Shown here: in pieces, positions 13,597 to 26,970 of the stretch
Layout: every line of letters begins with the position of its first letter
Position numbering within the stretch: position 1 is the stretch's first letter
Origin: Octopus vulgaris
Taxonomy: Eukaryota
Direction of reading: 5' to 3'
Assembly: GCA_951406725.2 (NCBI GenBank)
Contig: OX597816.1
Location: 97,774,001 to 97,838,000, forward strand
Length of the DNA: 64,000 bases
Made by a program: the position numbers and the translations under genes
The notes under the pieces: generated by a model
Databases searched by the model: none
Told to the model about the DNA's origin: nothing
The model's input: only the letters and a program-made list of their open reading frames with translations

Positions 13597-15750
13597 GAGT
13601 GCAGGTCAAAAGCCCCTACGACAAAAGCACCTGCGACAAAAGCCCCAAGGTTACATTTTTCGGTTATTTTTCACATTTTACTTGTTTCATTCATTAGACT
13701 GTGGCCTTGAAGAATTTTTAGCTGAATGTATCGACTCGAGAATTTTTTTTTATTTCTATTTGTTGTAGTTATTAGACTGCGGCCATGCTGGGGTAGCATC
13801 TTGAAGAATTGTTAGTTGAATGTATCGACGCCAGAATTTTACTTATTTTTCTTGCTGTAATTATAAGACAGCGGCCATACTAGAATATTTAGTCGCAGAA
13901 AAATCAGCATTTTATAATTTATGATTTAAAGTCTTTTGCTTTCTTCGGATCTTATCGGCTTGGCTGCTAGCATTTCAAATATTAAAGTTAACCAAAAATT
14001 TTAAAATTTGGCACAATAATACAGTTACTCAAACTGAATTGCTGGAGTTCTTTCTTTTTTTTCCTAGAAACGTATTTTTAAAAAGTTACAGAGGTTTAAA
14101 TTTTGATTATTTTCACCCAGACAAAAAACAGGACTTTGAAGTTGTCATTTTGTGCGTGACTGCACATTTCGTCAACATCCTGAAAATAGCACGTGTTGTC
14201 AATATTTGTAAACAACATGTGTTATGTCTCCGGTAATTTTCATTCATGTAAATAAATGTTTATGTTAATTTAGAAGATTCATCCAAAAGATCTTATTTTG
14301 CTGTTAATTTTAGCACACCTCACAACCACCTCAAAGCTCAATGACAAAAAGAAACGAGTAAACAAACATTTACACATTCAATATACATTTAAGGCAAAGT
14401 CGATGAACAACACGTTACATGCGATAAACACATTACAATACAAATATTTTTAATTACAATTTAAATATGCTTGAAAACAAATATGTAAACTGTCAATATG
14501 CATTTAATGCAAATGCAATGAATAACACGTTACTGCGATAAACACATTACAATATAAATATTTTTAATTACAATTTAAATATGCTTAAAAAACAAATATT
14601 TAAACAGTCAATATGCATTTAATGCAAATGCAAGGAATAACACGTTACATGAAATGCTAGCGGCCAAACCGATAAGATCAGGTACGACACAGTATCCTGC
14701 TCTGTTTTCAATTTTTCCATAATAGAAGCGAATTGCTGGAGCTTAATGCCATAAATCAGAACACAGAACACAGTGTCAAATTTGTCAACATGTGCATCCT
14801 CGCAGATAAAAGACTTTTCAAAGACTGTTAATATGGCAACAGACAAACGAGTTCTATGTCCCGCTTCTTACAATTGAAACAGGAATAAATGTCTCTGTGG
14901 CTTACGATTGGCTAAAATAACGAGAATTTCCAGTTTTTAATTACAAATAACACTTTATTTATTGATTTATAGCGAAAATTACTTGCACGCCATTAATTAG
15001 CCTATAGATTACCCTGAATATGAAACCAATGCGAAAAGAATTAATGTGGGCAGCAAAACCGACAAGGTCCTTTTCTTCTCTCAGCACTTACAGATTAATG
15101 AGAATGAACTGACCTTCTGAACTTTCTCGGGCCGTTGAAGGGCTAACAGAATTATGGCGCCGAAGGGCTAACAGAATTATGGCGATTGAAAATATTTTGT
15201 TTACTGAACAATTGGAATGTTGGAGAATAAAATTTTTCTTTTCTTAACAACCGCAATTTCCGTTTTTGCTTACGTAAAATAATGAAAGAAAATTTTTTTA
15301 AGGTTTAGCTGTTATTTCTAGTATGTGGAAAGAGCTTCTATTCTTAACTTTATGTGCTGATTGAAAATCACTGAAAGAAGATTCTAAGATCGACTGAAAC
15401 AAGTAAAAAGATTTTAGAAAATTTAAAAAAAAAATCGAAGAACCCAAAAATATAACCAAGGAGGTTATAAATAATTTTGAAGAGAATTGGCTGTTATGTC
15501 TAGCATTTACAGAGACATTCTAGGCTTAACTACATGCGCTGGCTGGAAATCATTAAAAACAATTCTGGGGCGATGCATTCGTCTAAGATTTCCTCAAGAT
15601 GGTGTCCCAGTATGGCCACAGTCTAATGACTGCAACAAGTAAAATGAAAAAAACCGTAAAATATATGGGGCTTTTGTCCGAGGGGCTTTTGTCGCTGTGG
15701 CTTTTGTCATACGAGGTATTTTGTCCTAGGAGTCTGATTATCCGGATCCC
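13597..15750. mobile_element. Non-autonomous DNA transposon candidate with modular GACAAAAGCCCC terminal inverted repeats
   Basis: Three units at 13603-13646 and four to five inverted units at 15667-15750. Confidence 0.6.
13948..14679. mobile_element. MITE with ~30 bp TIRs and an internal ~115 bp tandem duplication (14406-14651)
   Basis: gatcttatcggcttggctgctagcatttca and tgaaatgctagcggccaaaccgataagatc. Confidence 0.7.
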
Positions 15751-16050
15751 GCCCTGCATATCTGTGTTTGCCTTAGAATATTGATATCTGGGTGTGTGTG
15801 ATTACACACAAAAAATATAGATGTTTGTGTATGTCCCCGTATAAGCACACACACACACACACAAACATGTAAATTGTGGTATGAAGGAGATATTAGGAAA
15901 AAGAATTGAGACTTTCTTACCTGTCGATTTGGAGGGAACGTTCTGTCAACACCCATTGAATAAGACCGGAGTTCAATTTGCTCGACTAAAATTGGCTACA
16001 GTGAAATGGCTGAAACATGTAAAAGAGCATATGTGTGTGTGTATATATAT

Positions 16051-16090
16051 TTGTTGTTGTTGTTGTTGTTCTTGTTGTTGTTGTTGTTGT

Positions 16091-16122
<32 letters not shown>

Positions 16123-16210
16123 TTCTTCTTCTTCTTCTTCTTCTTCTTCTTCTTCTTCTTCTTCTTCTTCTTCTTCTTCTTCTTCTTCTTCTTCTTCTTC
16201 TTCTTCTTCC
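16051..16210. repeat. (TTG)n-(TTC)n microsatellite
   Basis: Read directly. It is the source of the poly-S/R/F/L ORFs. Confidence 0.95.
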
Positions 16211-16615
16211 CCTTCTACTTCCTAGCTTTATCACTAATGCTTTTTAGTATAACACCTACGCAAATTATATAAACAAACCTTTCAATAGAAATATTCTCAT
16301 GAATTGAACAGCAACTGCTAGCCGCCACTGACCACTCAAAATACGACGATCAAGGTACTCCCAAATTCTTCGCCCCTTCCCCTCCCCATCCTCCTCCTCC
16401 TCCTTCTTGTTGTTCTTCTTCTTGTTCTTGTTCTTCTTTTTCTCTTCTTCTTCTTCCCTATCAAGAATTCACAACGACCTCGAACCCACAAGTGTAAACA
16501 AGAGAGACAGAGAAAGGCAGAAACAAGGAAAATGCCACTTATATTTGAACACTACAAATATTCTTTTAAAAAAACTTTTCTTTTAATTTTTCTAAATTTA
16601 AATATTTAATCGTTA

Positions 16616-16652
16616 CAGTTGAAAAGGTCTCAAATGACTGAAACCGGTACTG
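16616..16652 (+). ncRNA. Decayed minimal type I hammerhead ribozyme
   Basis: cag-TTGAAAA-ggtc..gact-GAAA-ccgg-TA-ctg. Stems are intact and the core has two changes. Confidence 0.5.
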
Positions 16653-17059
16653 AAATAGTCTTTATAAAATTATTTTAGCATTTTCTATCTTGACTTGTTT
16701 TTTCATATATATATACACACTTGTATATGAGGGTGTGCTTGTAGCAAAATGCCGCTAAATATGTCAGCCCACTCAGGTGTAACTAACTGTAAACTGGACG
16801 CACAGCAGGGCGACTGATATCTTTTGTTCGTCTGCTTCTAATAAGACCATCTTAGTTGCTTATAACCGTATTGAATGACATCTCCAAAACGACAATAGCG
16901 CAGTGTGTGTGTGTGTGTGTGTGTACGACTTATAGATGTGTTTATGTCAAAATGTGTGTAGTTATCTTCGTTTTACCTTCTGAGTCTTATCCTTTCTCAT
17001 TAAAAAAGATTATTACTTTACTCTCTCATGTATTCGCAATGAACTGTAACCAGACCGGT

Positions 17060-17840
17060 TGTAACCCAGAAATTGTAGCCATCCCTTAACATTGTAGCCA
17101 GTAATCTATTGGTAACAATAACATGCCAAGCGAAACCGAGTATATTTAGCAAAGTATCTTATTTAAAACAACACATTGGAACTGATGTATTCTTCGCTGG
17201 AGGATGCAACACAACCAAATGTTCATTATCCCACACGTATGGGACTCAAGCAGGATGCGGTGAACCGACCATTTTGATCAATAAAAATACTTGCGAAATC
17301 CATTTTCCGTTTTCCCCATATGTCTGTGTGTTTCCCGATATATAAGATATAAGTATGCATATATACACACACGCGCATTCCTGACTGGTGTTCGGCCAGA
17401 CTTGACCATTCTTGGTTGGACTTCTGTCCGTGCAACATCTATATTCCTTCCTATGCTTGTTAAATCCTATGTCCCTACCGTAAGGCTTTACTTCCACACA
17501 CGCCAGCTAAATTTTATTCATGCTTAGTCGAAAGAAACCTGTTGTTATGTCCTGTTATTTGTATTTATGTAACATTTCTCTGTTTTTTTCCCGCCTTTGC
17601 TTTCGTATACATTCGCTGCTATCTTCCAAGGAATGTAATGCTCTTAGGTTATTTTTTTCTTGGGACTGGCCAGATTGGAGCAATCTCGAGTATAATCATC
17701 CGGAATTGCAAAGATAATCTGGAACGCGAATGAGGATAGAAAACTCCGAATAATCCATCCTTATTTTCCTTGTATCGTCTGTCTGGATATTTTGTTGTCC
17801 CATTTTGTTTCCCCTAACTCTCTGGATGTTTTACGTTCTT
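17060..17840 (+). mobile_element. Decayed PLE 3' end or pseudo-LTR related to 1995-2250
   Basis: 17640-17840 aligns by eye to the reverse complement of 2000-2200. The upstream part only weakly resembles a GIY-YIG tail. Confidence 0.4.
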
Positions 17841-17973
17841 GACGTATTTGTATATATATATATATATATTTATAGTTAATCCAAATAAGAAAGCACAAAA
17901 AAACACAACAACGCGAGGACGTGGAACATATATAGTATTATTGGACGCTCAGGAAAGAAGGAAAGAAGGAGGG

Positions 17974-18007
17974 TTTAACGTTTCGAGCGGAGCTCTTCGT
18001 CGGAAAA
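17974..18007 (-). ncRNA. Minimal type I hammerhead ribozyme (PLE type) in a ~200 bp repeat (17875-18080)
   Basis: Minus strand ttt-CCGACGA-A-GAGC-tcc-GCTC-GAAA-CG-TT-aaa, with palindromic AACGTT stem III. Confidence 0.75.
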
Positions 18008-18104
18008 ATAGGAGAAGGAAAGATCCAGAGAAGAGAAGACAGAGGAAAAAAATCGCCAACGGTACAAACGCGGTCACATACATATATATATATTTCTTTA
18101 TATT

Positions 18105-18486
18105 ATTTTCTATTCTAGGCACAAGGTCCGAAATATGGGGAGAGGGGGCCAGTTGATTAGATCGACCCCAGTACGCAACTGGTACTTAATTTATCGACCC
18201 TGAAGGGATGAAAAGCGAAGTCGACCTCAACGGAATTTGAACTCAGAATGTAAAGACAGGAAGTCTTTACTACCCACAAGAGGCTAAACACAGAGGGGAC
18301 AAACAAGGACAGACAAACGGATTAAGTCGATTACATTGACCCTAGAGCGTAACTGGTACTTAATTTATCGACCCCTGAAAGGATGAAAGGCAAAGTCGAC
18401 CTCGGCGAAATTTGAACTCAGAACGTAACGGCAGACAAAATACCGCTAAGCATTTCGCCCGGCGTCCTAACGTTTCTGCCAGCCCG
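18105..18486 (-). mobile_element. SINE family B dimer
   Basis: Same structure as 7886-8280. Confidence 0.85.
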
Positions 18487-18539
18487 TATATTTCTTTATA
18501 CTATAAATACAATTGGAGAAATGCAGAAATATATACGTC

Positions 18540-19090
18540 AATAAAGCGACAATGAGCATTAATCACCACCAGTATAGCTAGAACTAAGAGTCAAAGCAAC
18601 TCATTTGTTACTGAAGCGCTATCGCAATGACTGACCAGGGATGCAAGCTCCCTACGGAGACTTTATACCCAGATCATTGATGATTTCGCATTTTGGTGCG
18701 CCCGCATCTTAATGCTCGTCGTGGCTCTTACCACACCAAGATTTAAACTTAAGAAAGTGCTTTGGAGGTTATTGAGTTGTTTTGATTTATATTTTTTGCA
18801 ATACTAGTGCCCTTTATGACTTTAGTGAAGTATCGGGAAATGAGCGTATGATTACAACGGAAATCTTATATGGCTAGCTGAATTTAACCAAAGGGTTGGT
18901 AAGAGCCACCGATGAGCATTGAGATGCGTGAGAATCAAACTGCGAAATCATCGATGACCTGACTATATCTCCTTTCATAGGGCGCTTACCTCCGTTGTCA
19001 CTCATTAAGATAGTGCTTCTGCGGCTATTGAGTTGTTTTGACTTTTATTTGTAGCAATACTGGTACTGATTAGTACCCTTTGTCACTTTA
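18540..19090. mobile_element. Inverted pair of ~195 bp HHR-bearing PLE pseudo-LTRs with a partial third copy in the spacer
   Basis: Arms at 18540-18733 and 18897-19090. HHR cca-CCGATGA-GCA..TGC-GAAA-TCATCGATGA at 18906-18962. 18750-18828 repeats 19008-19090. Confidence 0.75.
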
Positions 19091-19949
19091 ACGACTTATA
19101 CATATTACTGCATATACATCTATATGTGTGTGTGCTTGTATGTGTATATGTTTTTGATTTGAGCTTTATTGAAGCTCTGAATAGAATCCCCGCTGTTCGT
19201 AGATACATGACTGAGTTATGTTGATTGCGCTCTCGATGAACACACCCAAGTGAGAGCATCCATTCATGTAAAGAATCTCAGATGGAGAATATATGGAACA
19301 TCTTGCAAGTCTTCACTGTACCGCTAATAGATTGCTTTAAAGAATCCGCATCAATTTCATTTGATCTTTTTTCGAAAAACCTCGCATTTGTAAGTTGTGT
19401 AAATTTGTAGGTACATAGCCGAATGCATGTCTCGTGACATGTATGCATGTATGTATGTGTGTGCGTATGTATGTATGTATGTATGTATGTATGTATGTAT
19501 GTATGTATGTATGTATGTATGTATGTATGTATGTGTGTATGTATGCATGTTTTATGTATGGATACATCTCCGCTCAAATGTGAAGAACGGCACACTATAA
19601 TAATGACTTCAATTGAGGCTGATTTTCTCTCTAAATTAGATATATATGACATACAGTATTCAGTTTTGCTGTCCCCAACATATATAAACAAATCTGTGTG
19701 TGTATGTATATATATGTGTGCGTGTGTGTATGTGTGTACACGCACAAGCGTGTGTATGTATGTGTGTGTGCATGTGTGCGTGTGTGTATTTCTTAGTGTG
19801 TGCGTGCGTGTGTCAAATTCTGATGTGATGTGTTTAATGTAGTAGTGCATGCAACTCTCTTGGTACAGCTTAGTGACTTTGGCCCCATGTGGTGAGAAGC
19901 AGAGAGATATTAATTTGTTGGTTGCACTGGCATTATTGAGCCTGTCTAT

Positions 19950-22850
19950 AAGAAATGCTGCTGTCTGGCCGCCTCGCACCTGTTTTGTGTGCATGCTTTA
20001 GTGTCCCACGTTAATTTACGTTGATTCACATTACAGTATTGTGTCATAAGGGTCCGATCTATAGCTTACAGCTGAGTCACAATACGCAGGCGGACATTGT
20101 ATTTTTGTCTACCCGAGTATTTATGCAGCGAGACATTATGATCATGTGCGCGTCAGACCAGAAACACAAAGTCTAGTGAAGCTCACAATGAGAGAAGTCA
20201 AGTAGTCAAACTCATGGTGGTATTCAGCAGAGTATATCGACGGCAGCATTTTGTAGCACAAATATATTTGGCAGAAGGAATTGGTCGGGAACTGTCTCTG
20301 GCAGATCTCTGCTCTAATAACAGATCACCTGCTCTAATTGTCACGATAAAAGTGTGCTAAGATCTATGTAGAAAAATGTCACTAATCTCTCATGCACTCA
20401 ACTAAGTTCGCCTAAAGGAAGCCATGCTTTGCAGGACATTCCATATGAAAGCAGATATTTCTTGTTTTGGCAATTCGAAGATCCCACCTTTCCGCTAAAT
20501 TGATCTTTAGTCAGTGCACGTAAGCGTTACCATGGAGGAATTCAATGATATTTGCCTTCTTCGATAGAGCTCTATTGATAACGTTGGGTCGGGGGAAATA
20601 TTTGCCGGGAAAGATTTCCTCATCGTGCACATTATCATCGTGGTATCAGTAAACCTATAAATATAAGTACGTTAAGAAAAAGTAGATTGTGGTGAGACAT
20701 TACTTATTATTAATAACTGCTGATAAAACTGCAAAAAGACGATGTTTCACGTAATTGTGTACGAATGCAGTGACTTTGTCATCTGATCTTTGAAAAAGAG
20801 ATTTTTTATTAAACAATTGACATGACATTAACTATTGTATCTAATAGTAATTGTGTCGTCCAGCTGGATGTTATTGATGCAAAACGGAAGCGCAGTAAAA
20901 TCTGGGACAAAAAATCAACGTCCATGATGTTCGGAAAAGAAACAACAATAGCATCTGTCGTTTTTGTCTATATTCAGGGCATGGTGATTATTGACGGCAT
21001 CTTTCTGAAGAATTATTACAAGTTGACATTGATATTTTCAACTTCATGCACTGATATCTTATCGAATAAATTCCGGATTGATGTTAAGCCAAAACTTTAT
21101 GTTGTACTCAAGCGTGTAAAAAACGTTACTAATTGTTAGACAGATGAGTGAACAGTGTTAAACAAAGCTTACATTGTAACACTAAGCCGTATTGAGTCGA
21201 ATGAACATCAATTATCAAGAAGCTTACTGCAAACACTGCATTCCCTGCATTGTAAAGACCTCCGGCATTTTCTTCTAACACAATCAAAATTTTTTCAAGC
21301 AGCTGGAATGAAAGATGATGCTGTGGAAGGCATCAGATCCAAAGACTAGAGAAGCAGACTGTCGTGATAAAAATACAATCATTATCGACGAGCTCCTCAT
21401 AGATATTTCCGAGGCTCATAGAGCGAATCTGAGCATTCCTTAATTACAAGCTCTAACAAAGCAGATGCGTGCCATTGCAATACGCCATATATCTAGAATA
21501 ATTAACAAGATCAGGATATTCAGATTCATGCAGACAGATTTCATACGGAGAGTAGTCTGAAATGGAACGTACGACCAGAATCAAGCGTGAAATTAGGGAG
21601 GTCTATATGTTCTGCAGCTGGCCATACACCAAAGTCAGTTTAGCTTAATCAGCATGCTATGCGGTTCATTATACAATTAATTCATGTCTGATTGAATAAG
21701 ACTTTGTCGGTTGCAGACAAAGAAAAGAACGAAGAAATTAGCTTTGCTGTTTCACACATATAAGTTCAAACAAATGCGTTGACTTCTAAACCCTTCAAAG
21801 ATTCACTTTAAAGACACGTTTACTTATATATGCACGCTGAAATACAAAAACAAAGCATAAACATAAGTAAAAAACATATCACCATAAAAATACTTATCCA
21901 GACGTAGTATACAATATTCTAAATAGATATTTGAACATGTCCGTCATCATTCTACTCATCTACTAACACATTTTGAAATATGTGGGTTTTTTTTCTCTCT
22001 TTTATTATAAGAGACATATTTTACTGAACACTTTGGTGGAATTCAGACCGGTTAATATAATAATACTTCTCACTACTTGGATTCTATATCGGTGAAAATG
22101 GCCAACTGAAATAGCAACAACAGAACTAATCTGTAATTTTTCGAAGACATCATAAACATTCCAATAATTTTGTATGATCTTCAATAAGTACGAGACAATC
22201 ATTCACTTTGCTAGCAAATCTGTTGGTATCTAAACGTCATCAGATCTGAACAGCTGCGACAAAAGGCAATTTGTTGAAATACATTGACTGAAACGACGTA
22301 AAATATCTGAAAAGTCAACGATGACAACTGACATTTCAATTTCTGACAGATCAATTGATTTTTCCGAACACATCCTATACCAATTATTAGTGAACATAGA
22401 ATAGCGACGCAAATTTAAGCCCTCGCCATAAGACACCAGCATCACCATAAAAATTACTACGCCACCCCCACACCACCACCAACAGCCGCGGCTCATCTTG
22501 CTTATAAGTCCAGAGATAAACAATCTGACCAGGTTAACTTCAGAATATTTACAATTTAAAGCCCCCTGCAATTCCATTTTTCAAGGAATTAAACAAAATT
22601 TCTAAGTCTTTATTTCTTAAAAAAAATACATAACTTTTATTGGCAAGAATGGAGTGTATAATAATTTCTCTAGAATTACAAGCATCAATAATATCGCTAG
22701 TTATTATATAAGGACATGCAATAATAACAGTTAAGCAATATGTACATACAATTATTATTAAGTTAAAATAAGATGAATATATAACCCTTATATGCTACAG
22801 ACGTCCATAATTGTAGTAGATGTAATAGAATTACAATGTAAACAGTTTGA
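19950..22850 (+). mobile_element. Heavily decayed Ty3/Gypsy gag-pol relic
   Basis: Motif remnants in Gypsy order: CSNCH knuckle (about 20330), protease-like GKDFL (about 20610), RT-like segments in ORFs 20822 and 21155 (..SNEH..LLQTL..KFF..EGIRS), RNase H-like AD..SYG/RSICSA (21530-21625) and integrase zinc-finger-like IISLELQASII..GH (22660-22720). Confidence 0.6.
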
Positions 22851-22939
22851 AGATTACAAAAACATAGCAACATTTACATCATAGAATATATGTAGGAAAA
22901 TAATCAAACCACACACAAACTTGGATCGCATGAATAATG

Positions 22940-23055
22940 CTTTCGACCCTGAAAGATTGAAAGGCAAAGTCGATCTTCACGGAATTTGAACTCAGAACGT
23001 AGCGGCAGACGAAATATCGCTAAGCATTTCACCTGGCGTGCTAACGATGCTGCCA
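22940..23055 (-). mobile_element. SINE family B, 5' part
   Basis: ggaatttgaactcagaacgtagcggcagacgaaat..gctaacg. Confidence 0.8.
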
Positions 23056-23559
23056 TGAACAATGCCTGGTGGTTGTACACACTGAAACAACTTCTCAAGG
23101 CTAGAATGTTGTGGTTTCTTTCTGTGGTTTGTTTCTTTGAGACTGAACTGTGTTTCATCAGTCGTTCGGTTGATTTCTTTAACTTTAATGTTGGGGTTGT
23201 TTTTCTTAGAAGCGTTCCTTTTCTTTCTTTTTACGAATTCATTATCTCTGAATTTGAATATCCTCGTTCAACAGTTCACTTGAGGAATCACCATTTTTAA
23301 AAAAGGGTATCCAGGTTGTCTAAGTGGGGTCTGATGAGTGAATATATGAGCGGATAAAACTTTCTCCCGCTCTATTTGCTCCACGTTTCTGTTAAATTCG
23401 TTGCTTTTGAAGAGCAAGTTGTTCAGTGAATCAATTTCGGCTATAGTCGAAATTCTGAGGGATAGATCTAACTGGTGGTTTTCCAGTTTCTTGACAACTT
23501 CGCTATGCTAATTACCTCCATCTTTCTGGCGTGTAGTCATGTGAGTGATCTTTTTTTGT

Positions 23560-23945
23560 TCATGGAGGGAGAGGGGGAGAAATAGAGGGAGGGAGAGTGA
23601 GAAAGAGAGGGGATAGGGAAAACGAGATAGAAGGAGCGAAGTAAATATGGGGATGTTAGATGAGGGAGAGGAGAACAAGCAGAGGGTAAAAGGAAAGAGC
23701 AAGCGGAATGTGGGAGAGGAGAACAAGTGGAGAGGGAGAGAAGGCTAAGAGGAAAGAGCGGATAGATGAGAGATAGAGGAGAGCAACTGCAGGAGGAGGG
23801 AGGAGGGATAAATGGGGGTAGTGGAGTTTTAGGGTGAATATATGAGGATGTACAGTTGTGAGGAGACTGGGAGTAGAGTACGTGAAGGGAGATGGTGGGT
23901 AGGGTGAAAGAGAAGAAAGTGAAGGAGAGGTGAAGAGATACGGGA
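23560..23945. repeat. Purine-rich (GA) low-complexity tract
   Basis: Read directly. It explains the S/P/L-rich minus-strand ORFs. Confidence 0.85.
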
Positions 23946-24029
23946 AGTACAATGCGTAAGGCCATATACATTTACACACGCACAAATATATGGAAACAGG
24001 GTAAGCGAAGGTATACATATGAAGTATGC

Positions 24030-24079
<50 letters not shown>

Positions 24080-25699
24080 TTTATAATACTATGTATTTCA
24101 TAAAAGAATATAACCAGGTACACATAGTAACTATCAATTTGAAAGAAAATTCTAAAACGGAAGTAATATGGATTTTTCTGAACGCTATCTTTTTGTATAA
24201 AATTGAAATACGTTTATCAAACCATAACGTAAGATTTCTGTAACTTACCTGATAAATACCGGCGCAGATTTGGAAACTAACCTTCAAACCGCTTATCATT
24301 CGACTGTTGGTGAAATCTAGTTTATGTCAGTTATTATTTATCAAATTCCACAAAACATCGCTGTCCTTTAAGCATTGCAGTATATAATTGAAAAGTTGTT
24401 CTGTTCTTAAAGATATTAAGTTACTGCCAGACTATATCTTTCAATTCATGCTTTGACTAATTACTTTCCTAGTGAACCGGCCCAAAGTAGTGTACATTTA
24501 ATTAGCTTGTTTTTAATAGTTGCATCTAATTCATCAAATGATAGCGAAGTGCTGCAGCAGTCTCAGATAAGAGACACATTTAATGAAATCCCTGGAGGAA
24601 TTCTTTTACCTTATTCATTACATAAAATGGCTAGAATTTGGAGCTATGGTTATTTCCAGGGAACAATCTCTCAAGAATCGAAAAGTAATCAATTTGATTC
24701 AATAAAATATCTGCTTAAGACTGATCATGATGATAAAGTAACTTTCGATCTTGTTTAAATCTATCCGCTAATTTCTCCACTGCCTTGTCACTGCACCCGT
24801 TTCACTCTTACTATTTTAACTTATTCTATTGAAATAAATCATTCAAGATGTCTGTGTTTAGTTACAGCCATCTAAAATAATTAGATTTGTAAGAAACAAA
24901 AGAGAAGTATTGAAAAGAATAGCGGAGTGTTTGACATTCTAATTGTAGCAGGTTATTTTCTCCATGATACAGAATAACCTGACTTTATATATGATACACT
25001 AAACAATATCTAACACAGCAGGTCATGCACACTTAAATACATACTCATTATACGCATACATGCATATGACCACACACTCAACATGCACATAAGTACGTAC
25101 ACACACATGCAACACGCACACAGACGCACATAGATGCACACATACACACGCGTAAGCACACACACATTCTCAAAACGAACGAAATCGACTAAAGAAAATC
25201 ATGGCTGCAAGAGTTCACTAGAAACTCTCCAAGTAGAATTCAAAGTTTATCATAACCCTATTTTCAAGGACCCACTTCTTTATAAATAAGAGATCATATT
25301 CATTGTTAAATTTTACAATAACTAGGCAAATGCGTCTGGAGAAAGAAATGTATTGGATTAGAGTAACCTAAAATACTCACCCAGCTAGTATGAATGATTA
25401 TGTTTTAGGTTTTAGAAACATATCGTTTGAAAAACGTGTAGGCGAGGTGCATTTTCCTCACTCAATATCATGAACACGGTACAGCAAGTCATGAAGAATT
25501 AATAGAAATACTGACTTTGATAGAGATGTATTAATGACTGGGCAAACTTGTTTCATTAAAATCTTATTCCCTTCCCTTACTTAAAAAGTATTGGATAGAC
25601 ACTATAGAGATTTAACAAATTTAAGTTTTTAACTGATAATTTTCAGCAATCGATTATTTAAAGTGGTCATGAAAAGGAAAAATAAAGTCAAGGCGGAAT

Positions 25700-26800
25700 A
25701 GTAAATCTATTGATATTCACTTAAACACAACAATAAACAGCACAAAACACGCATGCTCTTTTGCCAGTCAATGTGAAGTATATTAATATACGCATTAGCT
25801 ATAAACTAGGTCGTAATGTTAATGACAGATTGCGTAACCATTACAAGTTTGTGTGGAAAAGTAATCTGGAAGATTTCAGGAGGCTTTGCCTAAGTATTTG
25901 CGATTGCGATAAATCCTAATTCTGCTAGCATCGATTGAGGTATATATACAGGGGATATAAATCTGATAATGAGTGAGGATTTGTGAAGGTTATTGAGGGA
26001 ATGATACCGAATACAGCAATCGGTAGGATTAGTTGCTATAATTTAGAAGGTTAACTTAAAATGGATTAACGTCTTTATAGTTAGGCCAAGTCTTAAATAC
26101 AAAGTTAAAGAGGAGGAATTTGAAAACTGGAGAACAGTAAAAGGCTTATTACTGGAACCTATTAGAATAATGAATAACTTGATACGAAATGAACAAGTAA
26201 TTAAAAAGTAGAAATTTAAGGAATGTATTAATACATTGCAAGATAAATACATTAGAAATTCATTACCGATGGATAATTCTGCGAAACTTTTGTCACAATT
26301 TATAATATGTATTCTTAAATGGTATTAGATTACAAGTTAGGATTAGGAAGTAACATTAATTTTAAGGATAATAGTACCTATAAAATATCATCTGATATTA
26401 CTAATGAAGTAGTAGGGAAATTAATGCATTTGATGGCAAAGTTGAGTGATTCCAGTGTATATGGTAGAGACAAATTTATGTAAACTTGCTTACAAGAGTA
26501 ATTGTTTTCCGTGTAACAATAAACAGCTGTTATCTTCGTTTAATTATGCGCAAAATATTGATAGATTATCCTTTATAAGGTACTGTGAAGGAATTTTTGC
26601 AATTTAAGAATTAGCTTATGTTGGAGTACAAGGTCTGGTAACAACTTTTAAAAAATTGCTAAAAACAAATTAATTCGTATCAAGTAGGTATATGATTTCT
26701 GAATACCATATTCTAATTTTGATCAAGGAAGGACAGAAAAAGTTAAATTTCAAGTCATTCATATACAGTTATTAATAAAGATTTTAAATATATATCCCTT
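25700..26800 (+). mobile_element. Decayed Penelope-like reverse transcriptase (Naiad/Chlamys-like motif set)
   Basis: CDCDKS*FC..Y.GDINLI.SEDL*RLL (25900-26000), a P.D.S.K/ELG..NSTY-like block (26260-26380), then YCEGIF..LCWS and IP blocks. Many stops. Confidence 0.55.
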
Positions 26801-26897
26801 AAAAAGTATCAAGACTTTTATTAAGTGATGACAAGTTGAAAATGGTAAGTTTATACTTAATAGCGCATATGTTTCAATGGCGGGGATGATTTTTAAA

Positions 26898-26970
26898 TAT
26901 AGAAGCCTTGTATAAGCTGTTATAGAAGCCTTGTATAAGCTGTTATAGAAGCCTTGTATAAGCTGTTATA
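26898..26970. repeat. 23 bp tandem repeat, three copies
   Basis: tatagaagccttgtataagctgt x3. Confidence 0.95.

Noticed and set aside
23331-23365. CTGATGA motif
   Set aside because: No stem II or correctly placed GAAA follows, so it is a chance match.
24453-24758. 101 aa non-repetitive ORF as a host exon
   Set aside because: No recognisable domain, a non-ATG start and no supporting splice pattern.
26898-26970. Short direct repeats suggestive of CRISPR (also 61081-61144)
   Set aside because: Head-to-tail tandem repeats without unique spacers, no cas genes, and a eukaryotic context.
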